Positions 40,801-48,619 of a stretch of DNA of 64,000 nucleotides are shown piece by piece; position 1 is the stretch's first letter; each line of letters begins with the position of its first letter. A model generated the notes under the pieces. The model searched no databases. It saw only the letters and a program-made list of their open reading frames with translations, and had not been told where the DNA came from. A program made the translations under genes and the position numbers. This DNA comes from Eledone cirrhosa (Eukaryota). The stretch spans positions 7,068,001 through 7,132,000 of the forward strand of contig OZ024758.1 of NCBI GenBank assembly GCA_964016885.1, given 5' to 3'.

Positions 40801-40987
40801 ACCGATTGCGATTGAGCCAACCGAAGATGGTATAGCTTCTGTGGCGACAGTGGTGTTTCAGCTACCTGGGGGAGGTAGCACAGCTTCCAAAGTGTGCCTA
40901 GGCTCTGCCTTGACTATGCGTATGTGTCCTGCAACTGCAAATTTACGAATGACAATGCGCCGCCGTCCTAGCTCATCTCTTGCTTGA
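440..40987 (+). CDS. MEGF8: MEGF8 (multiple EGF-like domains protein 8) orthologue, 5'-partial, 27 coding exons (6153 nt including stop, about 2050 aa)
   Basis: Manually spliced GT-AG exons with consistent phases. Domain order PSI-EGF-laminin EGF-CUB-EGF-Kelch-PSI-EGF-laminin EGF-TM. The C-terminal [26 protein letters not shown]...MASRPF...[21 protein letters not shown]...CLGSAL is recognisably MEGF8. Confidence 0.96.
770..1010 (+). mobile_element. RTE-like LINE 3' ORF remnant
   Basis: Degenerate translation HGHVVRM...RRPRGRP*ARW typical of the RTE C-terminus. Confidence 0.55.
1204..1731 (+). CDS. MEGF8: MEGF8 exon 2 (EKVTG...LDCSS), includes PSI motif [13 protein letters not shown]
   Basis: tttttcag acceptor, AGC|gtaagt donor, 528 nt. 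Confidence 0.93.
1803..2607. mobile_element. Tigger/pogo-like MITE interrupted by a SINE-containing insertion (about 1867-2330)
   Basis: TACAGAGGACCCTC...GAGGTTCCACTGTA termini with TA; matches the uninterrupted copy at 29583-29927. Confidence 0.75.
3015..3118 (+). CDS. MEGF8: MEGF8 exon 3 (DNLCEWV...VPCH), PSI
   Basis: ttgtag acceptor, GA|gtgagt donor, phase 0/2. Confidence 0.92.
3345..4210. repeat. 29-bp minisatellite, about 30 copies (AGCAGCAGTACTCTACCAGATGTGTATGT)
   Basis: Direct tandem periodicity. Confidence 0.95.
4665..4933 (+). CDS. MEGF8: MEGF8 exon 4 (RTSCFDC...GCGWC...DGDFV), PSI domains
   Basis: tttcag acceptor, G|gttagt donor, phase 2/1. Confidence 0.93.
6290..6546. mobile_element. 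piggyBac-like MITE family B
   Basis: TTAA|CCCTTTC...GAAAGGG|TTAA; degenerate relatives near 24130-24600, 38620, 42600, 45670, 50330-50557. Confidence 0.65.
6615..7410 (-). pseudogene. Tc1/mariner-superfamily DD37D (maT) transposase relic with one terminal inverted repeat
   Basis: Minus-strand translation WFYSDEK...YQQDSAP...[15 protein letters not shown]...[18 protein letters not shown]; 37 residues between the 2nd and 3rd D; in-frame stops; TACAGGG terminus at 6615. Confidence 0.88.
7550..7778 (+). CDS. MEGF8: MEGF8 exon 5, calcium-binding EGF ([19 protein letters not shown])
   Basis: tcttag acceptor, AC|gtaagt donor, phase 1/2. Confidence 0.94.
7808..7992 (+). mobile_element. tRNA-headed SINE with Meta-type central domain (family A, short subtype)
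   Basis: A box TGGCAGTATTGG, B box GTTCAAATCC, GCCTTTC..CCTTACGGGGTCGATAAAATAAAGTACCAG, tail GGCCTTGTGCCAAAAGTAGAAAC; more than 20 copies or fragments in the window. Confidence 0.85.
9408..9634 (+). CDS. MEGF8: MEGF8 exon 6, EGF plus laminin-EGF (CVHGKC...CGCNGHSAC)
   Basis: cttcag acceptor, G|gtaatc donor, phase 2/1. Confidence 0.94.
10030..10465 (+). mobile_element. SINE-like element with RTE-type (GAT)n tail and internal duplication (family C)
   Basis: AAAGCACCCAGTAC..GTAAAGTGGTTGGTGTTAGGAAGG.CATCCAG motif, ending CCTTGCTAGCAGGG...TAAATGATGATGAT; relatives at about 1867, 5760, 8000, 17390, 21280, 28510, 32085, 34555, 37697, 42785, 45730. Confidence 0.75.
10920..11360. repeat. 29/26-bp AT-rich minisatellite (ATATTTGTTATGTATCTTTATATACAAGT)
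   Basis: Tandem periodicity; source of spurious ORFs. Confidence 0.95.
11435..11576 (+). CDS. MEGF8: MEGF8 exon 7, laminin-EGF (CECNGHGD...YYGNP)
   Basis: ttacag acceptor, AG|gttagt donor, phase 1/2. Confidence 0.94.
11638..11853. mobile_element. piggyBac-like MITE family A
   Basis: TTAA|CCCTTTAGCATT...AATGCTAACGGG|TTAA; same family at 43055-43270, about 22655-22860 (inverted) and about 5406-5567 (partial). Confidence 0.8.
11875..12165 (+). mobile_element. tRNA-headed SINE with CORE-like plus V-like domains (family B)
   Basis: A/B boxes, TGTGTTCTAGAGTAAAACGCTTCATTTC CORE-like block, TGCAATGGACTGGTGTCCTGTCCAGGGG V-like block, (GACTTTA)n tail; matches 58005-58285. Confidence 0.75.
12200..12890 (-). 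mobile_element. 3' end of a restriction-like-endonuclease non-LTR retrotransposon (Hero/NeSL-like), degenerate
   Basis: Minus-strand [29 protein letters not shown] and VEVGYHEFV resemble the RLE motif ELTVPWEENxxxAHERKxxKY...EVGCRGF. Confidence 0.7.
13456..13696 (+). CDS. MEGF8: MEGF8 exon 8, start of CUB domain (YCLWII)
   Basis: ttccag acceptor, TTG|gtaagt donor, phase 2/0. Confidence 0.92.
14049..14214 (+). CDS. MEGF8: MEGF8 exon 9, CUB (DDFIYVYDG...LLGTFCG)
   Basis: tttcag acceptor, G|gtaagt donor, phase 0/1. Confidence 0.94.
14358..14575 (+). mobile_element. SINE family A, long subtype (GGGGTCGATTTAATCGACTTCCCCCTCCCC insert)
   Basis: Full head, central domain and tail. Confidence 0.85.
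14670..15225. repeat. 19-bp minisatellite, about 28 copies (TATCTATATAATACATGTT)
   Basis: Tandem periodicity. Confidence 0.95.
15438..15622 (+). CDS. MEGF8: MEGF8 exon 10, CUB end (QGFNAHY) plus EGF
   Basis: tttcag acceptor, AAT|gtaagt donor, phase 1/0. Confidence 0.92.
15856..15909 (-). ncRNA. Minimal type I hammerhead-ribozyme-like motif
   Basis: CUGAUGA-U-GUCGCA gaug UGUGAC-GAAA with complementary flanks (AUAGU ACCA / UGAU AG ACUAU). Confidence 0.55.
16185..16555 (+). repeat. Degenerate ~117-bp tandem array of the 3' half (V-like block plus tail) of SINE family B
   Basis: ACTTTAACCCTGCGATGGACTGGTGTCCTGTCC and GAGCCTC.AGGCTCGAGACA recur 3-4 times. Confidence 0.75.
16657..16922 (+). CDS. 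MEGF8: MEGF8 exon 11, first Kelch repeat (RMGHSL...LYLYGG)
   Basis: ttacag acceptor, AG|gtaagt donor, phase 0/2. Confidence 0.92.
16970..17355 (+). mobile_element. Two head-to-tail SINE family A copies
   Basis: Two complete head-core-tail units. Confidence 0.85.
17905..18126 (+). mobile_element. Fragment of the repeat found inverted at 48620-49330
   Basis: Near-identical to the reverse complement of about 48860-49080. Confidence 0.8.
18197..18347 (+). CDS. MEGF8: MEGF8 exon 12, Kelch (YYHAAV...FIYGG)
   Basis: ttgtag acceptor, AGG|gtaaac donor, phase 2/0. Confidence 0.93.
18450..18663. mobile_element. Mariner-type MITE fragments (two left ends)
   Basis: TA(T/C)GAGGG..GGCTGAAAA.TTCATA.GCTGACCAAG. 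Confidence 0.75.
18837..19020 (+). CDS. MEGF8: MEGF8 exon 13, Kelch (VAGHTL...VIGG)
   Basis: taacag acceptor, G|gtaagt donor, phase 0/1. Confidence 0.93.
20051..20217 (+). CDS. MEGF8: MEGF8 exon 14, Kelch (IYGHSA...IYIYGG)
   Basis: tctcag acceptor, ATG|gtaaat donor, phase 1/0. Confidence 0.93.
20616..20960. mobile_element. Mariner-type MITE with internal ~143-bp tandem duplication
   Basis: Ends TTTCAGCCTACCCTCGTA; same family as 34091-34287. Confidence 0.75.
21069..21213 (+). CDS. MEGF8: MEGF8 exon 15, Kelch (PRMFHVA...LLIGG...CNAW)
   Basis: attcag acceptor, G|gtaatc donor, phase 0/1. Confidence 0.93.
21860..22199 (+). mobile_element. RTE-clade LINE 3' fragment with (GAT)n tail
   Basis: [14 protein letters not shown]...[16 protein letters not shown] motif, then a GATGATGAT tail. 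Confidence 0.9.
23130..23385 (+). CDS. MEGF8: MEGF8 exon 16, last Kelch (YIMGGYNG) plus PSI
   Basis: ttctag acceptor, AT|gtaagt donor, phase 1/2. Confidence 0.92.
23545..24060 (+). mobile_element. Rearranged RTE LINE 3' fragments
   Basis: GAGAAGACTGCACTGGTA..GACATGTGATG block repeated; (GAT)n tail. Confidence 0.75.
24635..24764 (+). CDS. MEGF8: MEGF8 exon 17, PSI ([13 protein letters not shown])
   Basis: ttatag acceptor, CAA|gtaagt donor, phase 2/0. Confidence 0.91.
24955..25181 (+). mobile_element. SINE family A, long subtype, ending about 36 nt before exon 18
   Basis: Head, core and tail motifs. Confidence 0.8.
25217..25418 (+). CDS. MEGF8: MEGF8 exon 18, PSI (VCKWCKHC...NCMWTRQ)
   Basis: cttcag acceptor, G|gtaagt donor, phase 0/1. 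Confidence 0.92.
25491..26100. repeat. 57-bp minisatellite, 11 copies, derived from the family C SINE 3' region
   Basis: GGTTGGACAGGTCTACACAGACCAAGTCAGTACTGAAGAGGTAACTACTGATCTCTG; preceded by a reversed (CAT)n SINE tail. Confidence 0.95.
26575..26807 (+). CDS. MEGF8: MEGF8 exon 19, PSI ([14 protein letters not shown])
   Basis: ctgcag acceptor, GAG|gtgagt donor, phase 1/0. Confidence 0.93.
26950..27874. mobile_element. pogo/Tc2-like MITE whose left 57 bp is amplified about 12 times
   Basis: Unit TACCGTATATACTTGAATATAAGTTGACCCTACTATTTTATGTCTGAGAAATTTACC; opposite TIR CTTATATTTGAGTATATACAGTA near 27852-27874; unamplified relatives at 32891-33076 and 44631-44830. Confidence 0.8.
27926..28120 (+). 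mobile_element. SINE family A
   Basis: Full-length copy. Confidence 0.85.
28198..28456 (+). CDS. MEGF8: MEGF8 exon 20, PSI (CGWC...[10 protein letters not shown])
   Basis: ttccag acceptor, G|gtaagc donor, phase 0/1. Confidence 0.94.
29583..29927. mobile_element. Tigger/pogo-like MITE
   Basis: TACAGTAGTACCTC...GAGGTTCCACTGTA. Confidence 0.8.
30078..30252 (+). CDS. MEGF8: MEGF8 exon 21, EGF ([14 protein letters not shown])
   Basis: ttatag acceptor, AG|gtgatt donor, phase 1/2. Confidence 0.93.
30280..30610. repeat. ~48-bp pyrimidine-rich minisatellite immediately after exon 21
   Basis: CTCTCCACTGTATCTATATCTGTTTTCCCCCCATCACCCTTATTGTA units. Confidence 0.9.
30716..30830. repeat. (ACACTGGTAA)n, about 11 copies
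   Basis: Direct. Confidence 0.95.
31398..31695. repeat. Degenerate ~25-bp tandem repeat (GAGTACACCACCCTCAGTACCTACA-like)
   Basis: Direct. Confidence 0.75.
31856..32048 (+). CDS. MEGF8: MEGF8 exon 22, EGF plus laminin-EGF ([12 protein letters not shown]...CSCNSHSEC); alternative start at 31859
   Basis: tandem TAGCAG acceptor, AAG|gtgagc donor, phase 2/0. Confidence 0.92.
33327..33833 (-). mobile_element. Non-autonomous Helitron
   Basis: Minus strand reads A|TCATAATATAATAAAAGG...hairpin ACCACCC-GAA-GGGTGGT...CTAG|T: canonical TC start, subterminal hairpin, CTAG end, A/T insertion site, no TSD. Confidence 0.75.
33904..34035 (+). CDS. MEGF8: MEGF8 exon 23, laminin-EGF ([15 protein letters not shown])
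   Basis: ctatag acceptor, GAT|gtaagt donor, phase 0/0. Confidence 0.93.
34091..34287. mobile_element. Complete mariner-type MITE
   Basis: TACGAGGGTCAGCTGAAAA...TTTTCGGCTGACCCTCGTA TIRs with TA ends; inverted relatives at 46735-47170. Confidence 0.85.
34555..35080 (-). mobile_element. SINE family C copy with ~8 tandem degenerate copies of its ACCACTTTACAG...GGGTGCTTTTT block
   Basis: Direct; similar expansions at 28580-28800, 13760-13905, 42785-42900. Confidence 0.75.
35773..35909 (+). CDS. MEGF8: MEGF8 exon 24, laminin-EGF ([18 protein letters not shown])
   Basis: atgcag acceptor, CC|gtatgt donor, phase 0/2. Confidence 0.9.
36215..36263 (-). ncRNA. Minimal hammerhead-like motif with U3-A8 core
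   Basis: AUUUCACAU-UUGAAAA-GAGGGUUAUAGCCCC-GAAAUAUC-AUGUUGAAAU. Confidence 0.45.
36422..36542 (+). CDS. MEGF8: MEGF8 exon 25, laminin-EGF (CMCNGHA...DCYKNQ)
   Basis: ttacag acceptor, CAG|gttagc donor, phase 2/0. Confidence 0.93.
36553..37240. repeat. 49-bp minisatellite, about 14 copies, starting ~10 nt after the exon 25 donor
   Basis: TTTCACTATCATATACTCATTTAGTAGTTATATTGGTACTTAGAGTGTA. Confidence 0.95.
38375..38594 (+). CDS. MEGF8: MEGF8 exon 26 ([10 protein letters not shown]...[23 protein letters not shown])
   Basis: ttctag acceptor, G|gtaagt donor, phase 0/1. Confidence 0.94.
38774..39095. mobile_element. Abutting inverted pair of SINE family A copies
   Basis: + copy 38774-38968 followed directly by a - partial copy. 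Confidence 0.85.
40116..40987 (+). CDS. MEGF8: MEGF8 last coding exon: juxtamembrane domain, TM helix (about 40499-40567), cytoplasmic tail with MASRPF (40631-40648), TGA stop
   Basis: ttacag acceptor, phase 1; corresponds to ORF 40070..40987. Confidence 0.96.
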
Positions 40988-42431
40988 TCATGTTGACCAC
41001 AGCCCCTACTACTGTAAGGTGAAACATTTTCATTTCTGAAACTGTGATTGAAGTCCAACAGAAAAAAATGGACCCACCAAAGAATGAAAAGGAAGAAATG
41101 TAGAAGAGAAATTTGCAGACAAGAAAAAAGAAATACTTCTCAGATGCTGGAGGAGGAAAGCAAATTTACTTCCAAAGATAAATACATTTAATGGGATCAA
41201 CCTCATTAAATCTTGTATTTAATGGGAACAACCCCATTAAATTATGAATTTCTCTTTGTTTTCTTTTTTTTCATTGTGCAAGATAATGCAATCTCAATTG
41301 ATTTGAATGAATACTGGCCAGTATTAACTGAAAAGTAAGCGATTCTATTCACTCAATTTGAAAGGCTGAACTACCTAGATGTTTGCTATCTTTTTCCTAG
41401 CAACCTTCACTAGGCATTTGCTGATCATCATTATCATATTGATATTTTGTTTTTTTTAAAACAGGATGATAACTAGACAAAAAAAACAAAAAAACAAAAA
41501 CAACAAACAAACAACAACAAAAACAAACAAATAAATAAAAATATACAAAAAACCAAAAGAGAGAATTAAAGAAAATTATGATTCTGCCAAATCCATTACA
41601 AAAGACATTGTATAATGCCTTGGAATTGAAAATATATAAACTTGTAAACCAAAACAACCCAAATTTCTTCTTAACATTGTTTTGTGTGCCATGTCATTAT
41701 ATCTGTATATTATTTATTGTCCTTATTTTAATTCCACATTTTTATTAATGTCAAAGACTGAGAAAATATTTTCTTTTGGAAAAAATATCAATCACTGAGA
41801 GCGAGGGAGAGAAAGATATGTATAGAGAAAGAGTGAAAGAGAGAGCTAGAGAGAAAGAGGAAGAATATATGTGTAAGGGGATGCATTTTGAAAACACTTA
41901 GAAACAAATTGGAAAACTTGACTTCAACAACAAAAAAAGAAACAACGTATGGAAATAGAAAAATAAAATCCCAAATGAAATTTGGTAAAACTAAGACCTG
42001 GAAATCAGAAATAGAAAGAAAATATTTTCTTTCTCTCGGACTCTGAAATTTGTCATGAATGTAATTCTTTTGTGGATAATTTTTGGTATCCATGTCGAAA
42101 AGCTTTGCCTAATTAAATGATAATTATGAATGAGATTTAAACACATTTCAGATTAATGCAGTCATTTCATTTCTAGGAGATAACAGTTTTATTTGAAGAC
42201 TTGTACGGATATTTGTATTTAGAGCTATTTATCCATCTTAGTGTAAGATTTGTATTTTGATTAATATACATACAGCTTTAAGAGTATTTCAGCATTCCCT
42301 TAGATTTTGATTATTGCTACTTATAAACAGCTTTTATAAGTGTACATGCACATATTTCATTTCACACACATACATTCTCACACATTTCATCAACTATGTA
42401 TTGGTATTTTACTTATGTGTCTTTCAAAACT

Positions 42432-42437
42432 AATAAA
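42432..42437 (+). promoter_or_regulatory. Candidate MEGF8 polyadenylation signal (second AATAAA at 42504)
   Basis: AATAAA followed by T/GT-rich sequence at the end of a ~1.5 kb transposon-free stretch after the stop; other AATAAA hexamers occur earlier. Confidence 0.35.
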
Positions 42438-43054
42438 AACATAGATTTAATATTTTTATGTCTGCCTGCTATTGATTTTTTTTTTTATGAGAGTGCTCAT
42501 AAAAATAAACCCAATGGAATGTAATATATCTAAACCTCCATCAAAATGTATCCTTAAATGTTTCTGAAAGTCTTTTAAAGAATCTTTATCAAATTTGTTT
42601 AACCCTTTCATTGCCACATTTCTAATGAAAGACACTGCCTCTGATTGTCAAATAAGTCTGAAAATAAGGATTTGAAGGTATTTATTAATATAACTAACTT
42701 TTTCATTATTTATCTGGTATTTAGAATTAAACTCAGTAAAGGTTCTTAGATAAAATTAAGACAGGTTTTTAGAGAAATCATGCAGTGCACCCTGTAAGGC
42801 GGTTGTTTTGGTGTCACAACAAAAAGCACCCAGTCCACCCCGTAAGGTGGTTGTTTCAGTGCCACGATAAAAAGCACCCATTCCACCCTGTAATGTGGTT
42901 GGTTTTAGGAAGGTCATCCAACCATAGAAACCAAGACAAAATACAGACCTGTATGAGCAAGTCTCCTGACCTGACTTGTCTCATAATGTGACAACCTGTT
43001 TAACCCATGCAGGCATAGAATGGACATTAAAGAATGAAGATGATGATAAGCACT

Positions 43055-43270
43055 TTAACCCTTTAGCATTTAAACCGGCCATATACGGCCAGAGTTCTCT
43101 CACCTCTTTCTGTTCAAACTGGCTGTAACTGGCCACTCATACTGATGTTAAGGTATCGTTCTCAAAATAAGTGACATCAAAATCTCATAGACTCAATATT
43201 ATGTGAAGTAAAGACTTTACCATGAAAATACAATAGTAAATATAGAGTAATGTAAATGCTAAAGGGTTAA
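43055..43270. mobile_element. piggyBac-like MITE family A, intact
   Basis: TTAA|CCCTTTAGCATTTA...TAAATGCTAAAGGG|TTAA. Confidence 0.85.
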
Positions 43271-43514
43271 AACAGTGGTTCTGTATTAAAATAGTTAAAA
43301 ACAAGAGAAATATTTCTTTTAATGTTGTAATTTCAGATGTAATTCATTTACAATTCGATGCAGAATTTTAAACATTAAGTTTTCTTGACTTCTAAACTAT
43401 TCATTTTGGGAGATGTGTTTTATTATTTGATTGTCATTAGAAAATAAGGGTGGGATATTGTCAGAATCTGTAGCATGTCGGACAACATGCTTTGCAGCAT
43501 AGAGTTAGATGAGA

Positions 43515-44050
43515 TACCGTTCAGTTTTGTGTCAGGGAGGAGCACCACAGATGCCCTTTTCTTAGTGAGACAACTATGAGAAGTTCCTAGCTAAGTTTAA
43601 GCCTCTATATTTAGATTTTTCTGGTCTAGAGAAAGCTTTTGACAAAGCACCATGATCTATCATCTGGATTAAGGAGACTAGGCATAGAAAAATGGAAATG
43701 GCTTGTACAGGGGAACTGTTAATAAGGTAAGTGTAGGTAATGAGTTTACTGAGGAATTAGAGTCCAGGCAGATGTTCTTCAGGGCTCTGTTTCCAGTTCA
43801 CTTTTGTTTATTTTATTACTCCAGGCTATAACAAAGATAGGTTGCCATTAGAATTCCTGTCTAAATCAGTGTAAGAGCTAGAGAAGAAATTTCAGCTTTG
43901 GAAACAGAACTTAGACTCAAGAGAGATTAGAGTAAACTTGGGGAAAAACTAAAATTTTTATTAGCAGGAAAGAAGACAGGCCCTGCTCAATATGTAGAAA
44001 AGGAGTGGGTGGTAACTCTATACAATGTACACAATGTAAATCTTGGAATG
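43515..44050 (+). mobile_element. RTE-like LINE reverse-transcriptase remnant
   Basis: Degenerate FVSGRSTTDALFLVRQL...LEKAFD...QGSV RT motifs with stops and frameshifts. Confidence 0.75.
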
Positions 44051-45360
44051 ACATAGTAGGCAGACTAATAAAATAGATAAATATAAATACTTCAAAGTAA
44101 GTGTACTATGAAGTATTGTGAGATATGTAATAAATACTTTAGTGTAGTTACTAGGAAGTTTTGTGAGATATGTAATAAAAGACTGATAATTTTCAAAAAG
44201 CTGGTACAATGCGGTAGAAAAATACGATGGGCACATGATGGCTTATGAAACAAAATACTTTTAAAAAATCAGCTTAGAATCATAGAATTAGGGACAATTT
44301 CAGGTTGTTCAGTGTCAAAAGAAACAAACTTTATGTATTGTCACTTCATTTGATTTTCTGACAGCTCGAGAAAATAGAATATCAGCTTTGAGTATATTTT
44401 GTCTCTCCTTTATATTTTGGTTATTACTACTTATAAACAGCTTTTGAAGTGTACATGCATGGTCTTCATTTCACACACGTATTTTAAAACTTGTTTTACT
44501 ACTTTGTAGGAAACTGTTCCTAGTTCTATAATACAAAACTGCTAGTTTTAAAATGTTTATATTTATCTAAAACTCTTACATCATAATTTTATGTAAGATT
44601 CTTTGTTAAATTGTATTGCAAACATCAATTTACTGTATATATACAAATATAAGTTGAGGAATATGTAACCAAAACATCAATGGTAGAAGTGGAGAAGGTT
44701 GGCTTATATTTGGGGTCAATATTTTGATGATTTTCACCAAATTCAAATTCTACTTAAATAAAGTTTGGATTTTTGCCCATTTTTCAGACATAAAATAGTA
44801 GGTTTGGCTTATATTTGAGTATATACAGTAATAAAATTCTTGAAAATTTAAAAAATTATTTGAAAGTGATAGGCATTATCTTTCATTTGAAATATGGTGA
44901 TGAAAGGGTTTTAGAAACTTTTTTTTTCAAGGCTAGATTTATTGAAATGTATCATTCATAAAATATTCCATGTTCATTTAGACATTGTTTTGGCAGGGAA
45001 ATGGAAGATGTTGTAGATACTACTATGAAGTATTTAAAAAACAAAAAAATAATGTTCAACAAAATTTCTGTCTGAAAACACTCATAAAAATGTAATTAAA
45101 AAATATATCTATGTTTACTACCGCATAATTTTATTTTTTATTTAGGTAATGCAATATTCTTTTCCCCAAATGACTTTTTACTAGTTTATAGTTTAAATTG
45201 CTTGTTTAACATTTAATTTGACACATTTGTTATTGATTGAGCTATTTCACATGACTTATACATCATAGTTGCAAATTTTCAGCTTGGTGTAGGATGGCTT
45301 CCGTTCAGCTGACTTCTTCTAGACGCACTACATGCAAATGAAGCTATTGGCTTTCACTTA

Positions 45361-45650
45361 TCATCATCATCATCGTTTTTATGTCTGTTTATCTGTGCTT
45401 GCATGAGTTGGACAGGTCCTTCTCAGCACAGCATCTCTCCACTTGCCGTGTTCCTTTATCGTCTTCTCTGTGAGTCTCAGTAATTTGAGGTCAGCTCTCA
45501 CCACCTCTCCCCAGATCTTTCACTTCCACTGGAATTTCCCAACACTTCTTCACCCAGTGATCATCACCCATACACATCACATGTCGGTACCAACATAGTC
45601 TTCTCTCCTGTACACCACTTCAGATTCCTCTTATACTCAGCTCCCCCTTC
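45361..45650 (-). mobile_element. RTE LINE 3' fragment
   Basis: Reverse-strand homologue of 21860-22199. Confidence 0.7.
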
Positions 45651-46371
45651 AATTCTTATTATTCATTAACCCTTTTGATATGAAACTACTCTTGGTTTTA
45701 TGATACAAAACTATTTGTTTTAAAGTGCTTATCATCATCATCATTATCATCGTTTTTATGTCCGTTTCTATTTTGGCATGGGTTGGATGGGATGTTTTGA
45801 GACAATATTTTACAGCTGAATACTCTTCTCCATGTCAACCATTTTAGTCAACTCTTACAACAACCTTCACCATATGTTATTCCACCATAAGTTATTCCAT
45901 CATAAGTTATTCCAACATAACTTATGTTGGAATAAGTTATTCCAACATATGTTATTTCAACATAAGTTATTCCAAACATCTGCTTAATAATGATAAGTCT
46001 AGTCTAAAATCTAAAGTCTGTCCCAAGCCATGAGACACGTCAGGCCAGTGCTTATCTGCTGCTAGAACACCCAAATATTTGTATCCCTCTTCAGTGTCGA
46101 TCTCCTTTATCATCTCACCTGTTGTACCTCGATTCCTTTGATTCTCTCCAATTTACCTCTCCTCATCACACTGAGTGTGTATTTTTGTTAGTGTGTCTGT
46201 GTTTGTGCGTTTATATTTATATACTCATACATATAAATGTATGTATATGCACGTACACACACGCACATACATATACACATACCCGTCAGCGTGTTGAAAA
46301 ATCCCTAGTATAATATAAATTGAAAGAATTAGTGAAGAAATGATGAAAAACTAATTAGAAAGGTAGACAAA

Positions 46372-46580
46372 TAATGGTTTCTTATATAAGCACAAGGCCA
46401 GCAATTCAGGGGGAGGGGAATTCGATTAAATCGACTCCAGTGTATTACTGGTACTTTATTTTATCGACTCCGTAAGGATGAAAGGCAAAGTTAACCTCGG
46501 CGGGATTTGAACTCGGATCATAAAGGGCCGTAACTCTATGCTGAAAAGCATCACTCTCTACCGATACTGCCAATCCACTG
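46372..46580 (-). mobile_element. SINE family A, long subtype
   Basis: Reverse-complement match; other minus copies at 51815-52005, 55605-55827, 57497-57642, 61076-61266. Confidence 0.85.
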
Positions 46581-48187
46581 TCCTCTAGGTAGAATAATAT
46601 ATAGTAATATTACGTGAATTATAGAACATGTAGAACATTCGAGTATAAGGCGATATATATATATATATAAGACCCCATTATTTTATGTCTGAGAAATGGG
46701 CAAAAATCCGAACCTAATTTGCGTAGAATTTGAAGATGGGGAAAATTCATAGGCTTAATATGAAGGAGTGATGCTAGAGCTGTGTAATCTTGCATGCATT
46801 AATTCCAACTCTTGTTAAAAATTGCATTGTTTCTTTCCAGGGACTATGTTGAAAAATAGACCTCATTTGGTCATTCCATGAGAGTATCTTGGTCATCATA
46901 TGAAGGAGTGATGCTAGAGCTGTGAAATCTTGTATGCATTAATTTCTACTCTTCATATTAATAACTGTATTGTTTTTTCCAGATACTATGTTAAAAAAAT
47001 AAACCTCATTTGGTCATTCCATGAGAGTATCTTGGTCAGCCAATGAACGTTTCAGCTGACCCTCGTAATTCTTTGCTCGAATCTTGTGTCCCTGTTAAAT
47101 AAATAAACCAGAAGTTTGGGATCTTACCATTCCTTCATAGTCGGCCTATGAACGCTTCAGCCTACCCTCATATATTGGTAGATGGGAAAATTCAGATGGA
47201 TGGAGTGTAGAGAATAGAATGCAGCGAGATTTGAACTAGGGTTGTAGAAGGAAGCAATTGAACGCCGAAAGGCAAAATAATTTGGCGTGTTACCGTATCT
47301 TCACACCTTTAGACATATTCAATATAACCAACAATTCTTCTCTGACGTCAAATAATCTGGTAAAGAAACTAAGAAAACAAATGAATTAGTTTAAAGAGAA
47401 CAGAAATTAAACGATGCTCACAAAATACACATTGAAATTACATAACTCCATTTTGTTTTTCATGGATTGCATCTCTTTTGTAGTTGAAGCGATGTAAATG
47501 GTAGATCTGAAAATAAGTATCAACCAATTCTCATTTAGAATTACATGACAAATCAATGTTAAATTAATTTACTAAAGGCGTTACAAGTCGAACAATTTTC
47601 ATTTCTAACAAGGAATATGAACACTCGTTCATTTGGACGTACATTGGATGCAGTTCTTTGAAAGTGTTTTCGCAAATAGAATAAACGAGAGAAAATACTA
47701 ACATAAAATAAAATAATACTGGCTAATTTTACCTGTTAATTGAAACATGTTCCATTTGTTGTAAAAAATACTACACAATACAAAGACAATTATTAGTTGT
47801 AGGCAGCTTTAACAAACATTATTTTATTAAACTTCATTTTGAATATTTTTGTTTTCTTAAGAGTTTTGTGTATATCACTCGAAACAAGCGAGGATTTTTA
47901 TTGTATATGTATACACATTTACACACACATACACTCACACACACACATATATATATATACACATATATATATACATATACACATACACACAGAATTAAGT
48001 CTACAAGAGACACTCACAGACACACACACACATAGAGACAGACACATACACACATACATATACATATATATATATATATATATTGCAGTATATACAAAGC
48101 AGAGCTATATGAATGTGGAGTTATGAATATAAATATATTTGGAAACAAGAAATGAATCTAGGTTTAAAAATAGAAATATCCATCCAT

Positions 48188-48224
<37 letters not shown>

Positions 48225-48619
48225 TACATACATACATACATATGATGACCCTGTGATAAGCAGGCGAAATTCCAAAGTAACAAGACTCGCCATTTAGCCT
48301 TAATAAAATGAGTATATATTTATATATTTGAAAAAATCGAGACCTCGACGGCTGAGCTCTTGCCATTTCAACCGTTATTTCCAGTCTGAATCGCAGATAT
48401 TTTGGCGGTGGAAAAAAAACTATAATCATCAGGAGATTCCGATGTCCAAATCGCCATACACTCTTTACCCAATTTTGAAAAATCTTTACGAAAGTATCTG
48501 GATTTTTGTGGGGAGTGGCTGTTTGTGGAAGTGTGTGTACACATATTTGATTTAGGGGTTCTATATGGTTAAGTTTCATTGACGAGTATTATTTCACTCG
48601 ATTGAAAGTGAAGCTGTTT

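Noticed and set aside
440-40987. Attractin/ATRNL1 as the gene identity
   Set aside because: Attractins share MASRPF, but a CUB-Kelch module downstream of PSI/EGF/laminin-EGF repeats, the overall length and the [26 protein letters not shown] segment fit MEGF8.
47855-47890. CTTAAGA...CTCGAAAC, and the CTGATGT...CGAAA pattern near 54020-54065, as hammerheads
   Set aside because: Core mismatches plus no convincing stems; likely chance in AT-rich DNA.
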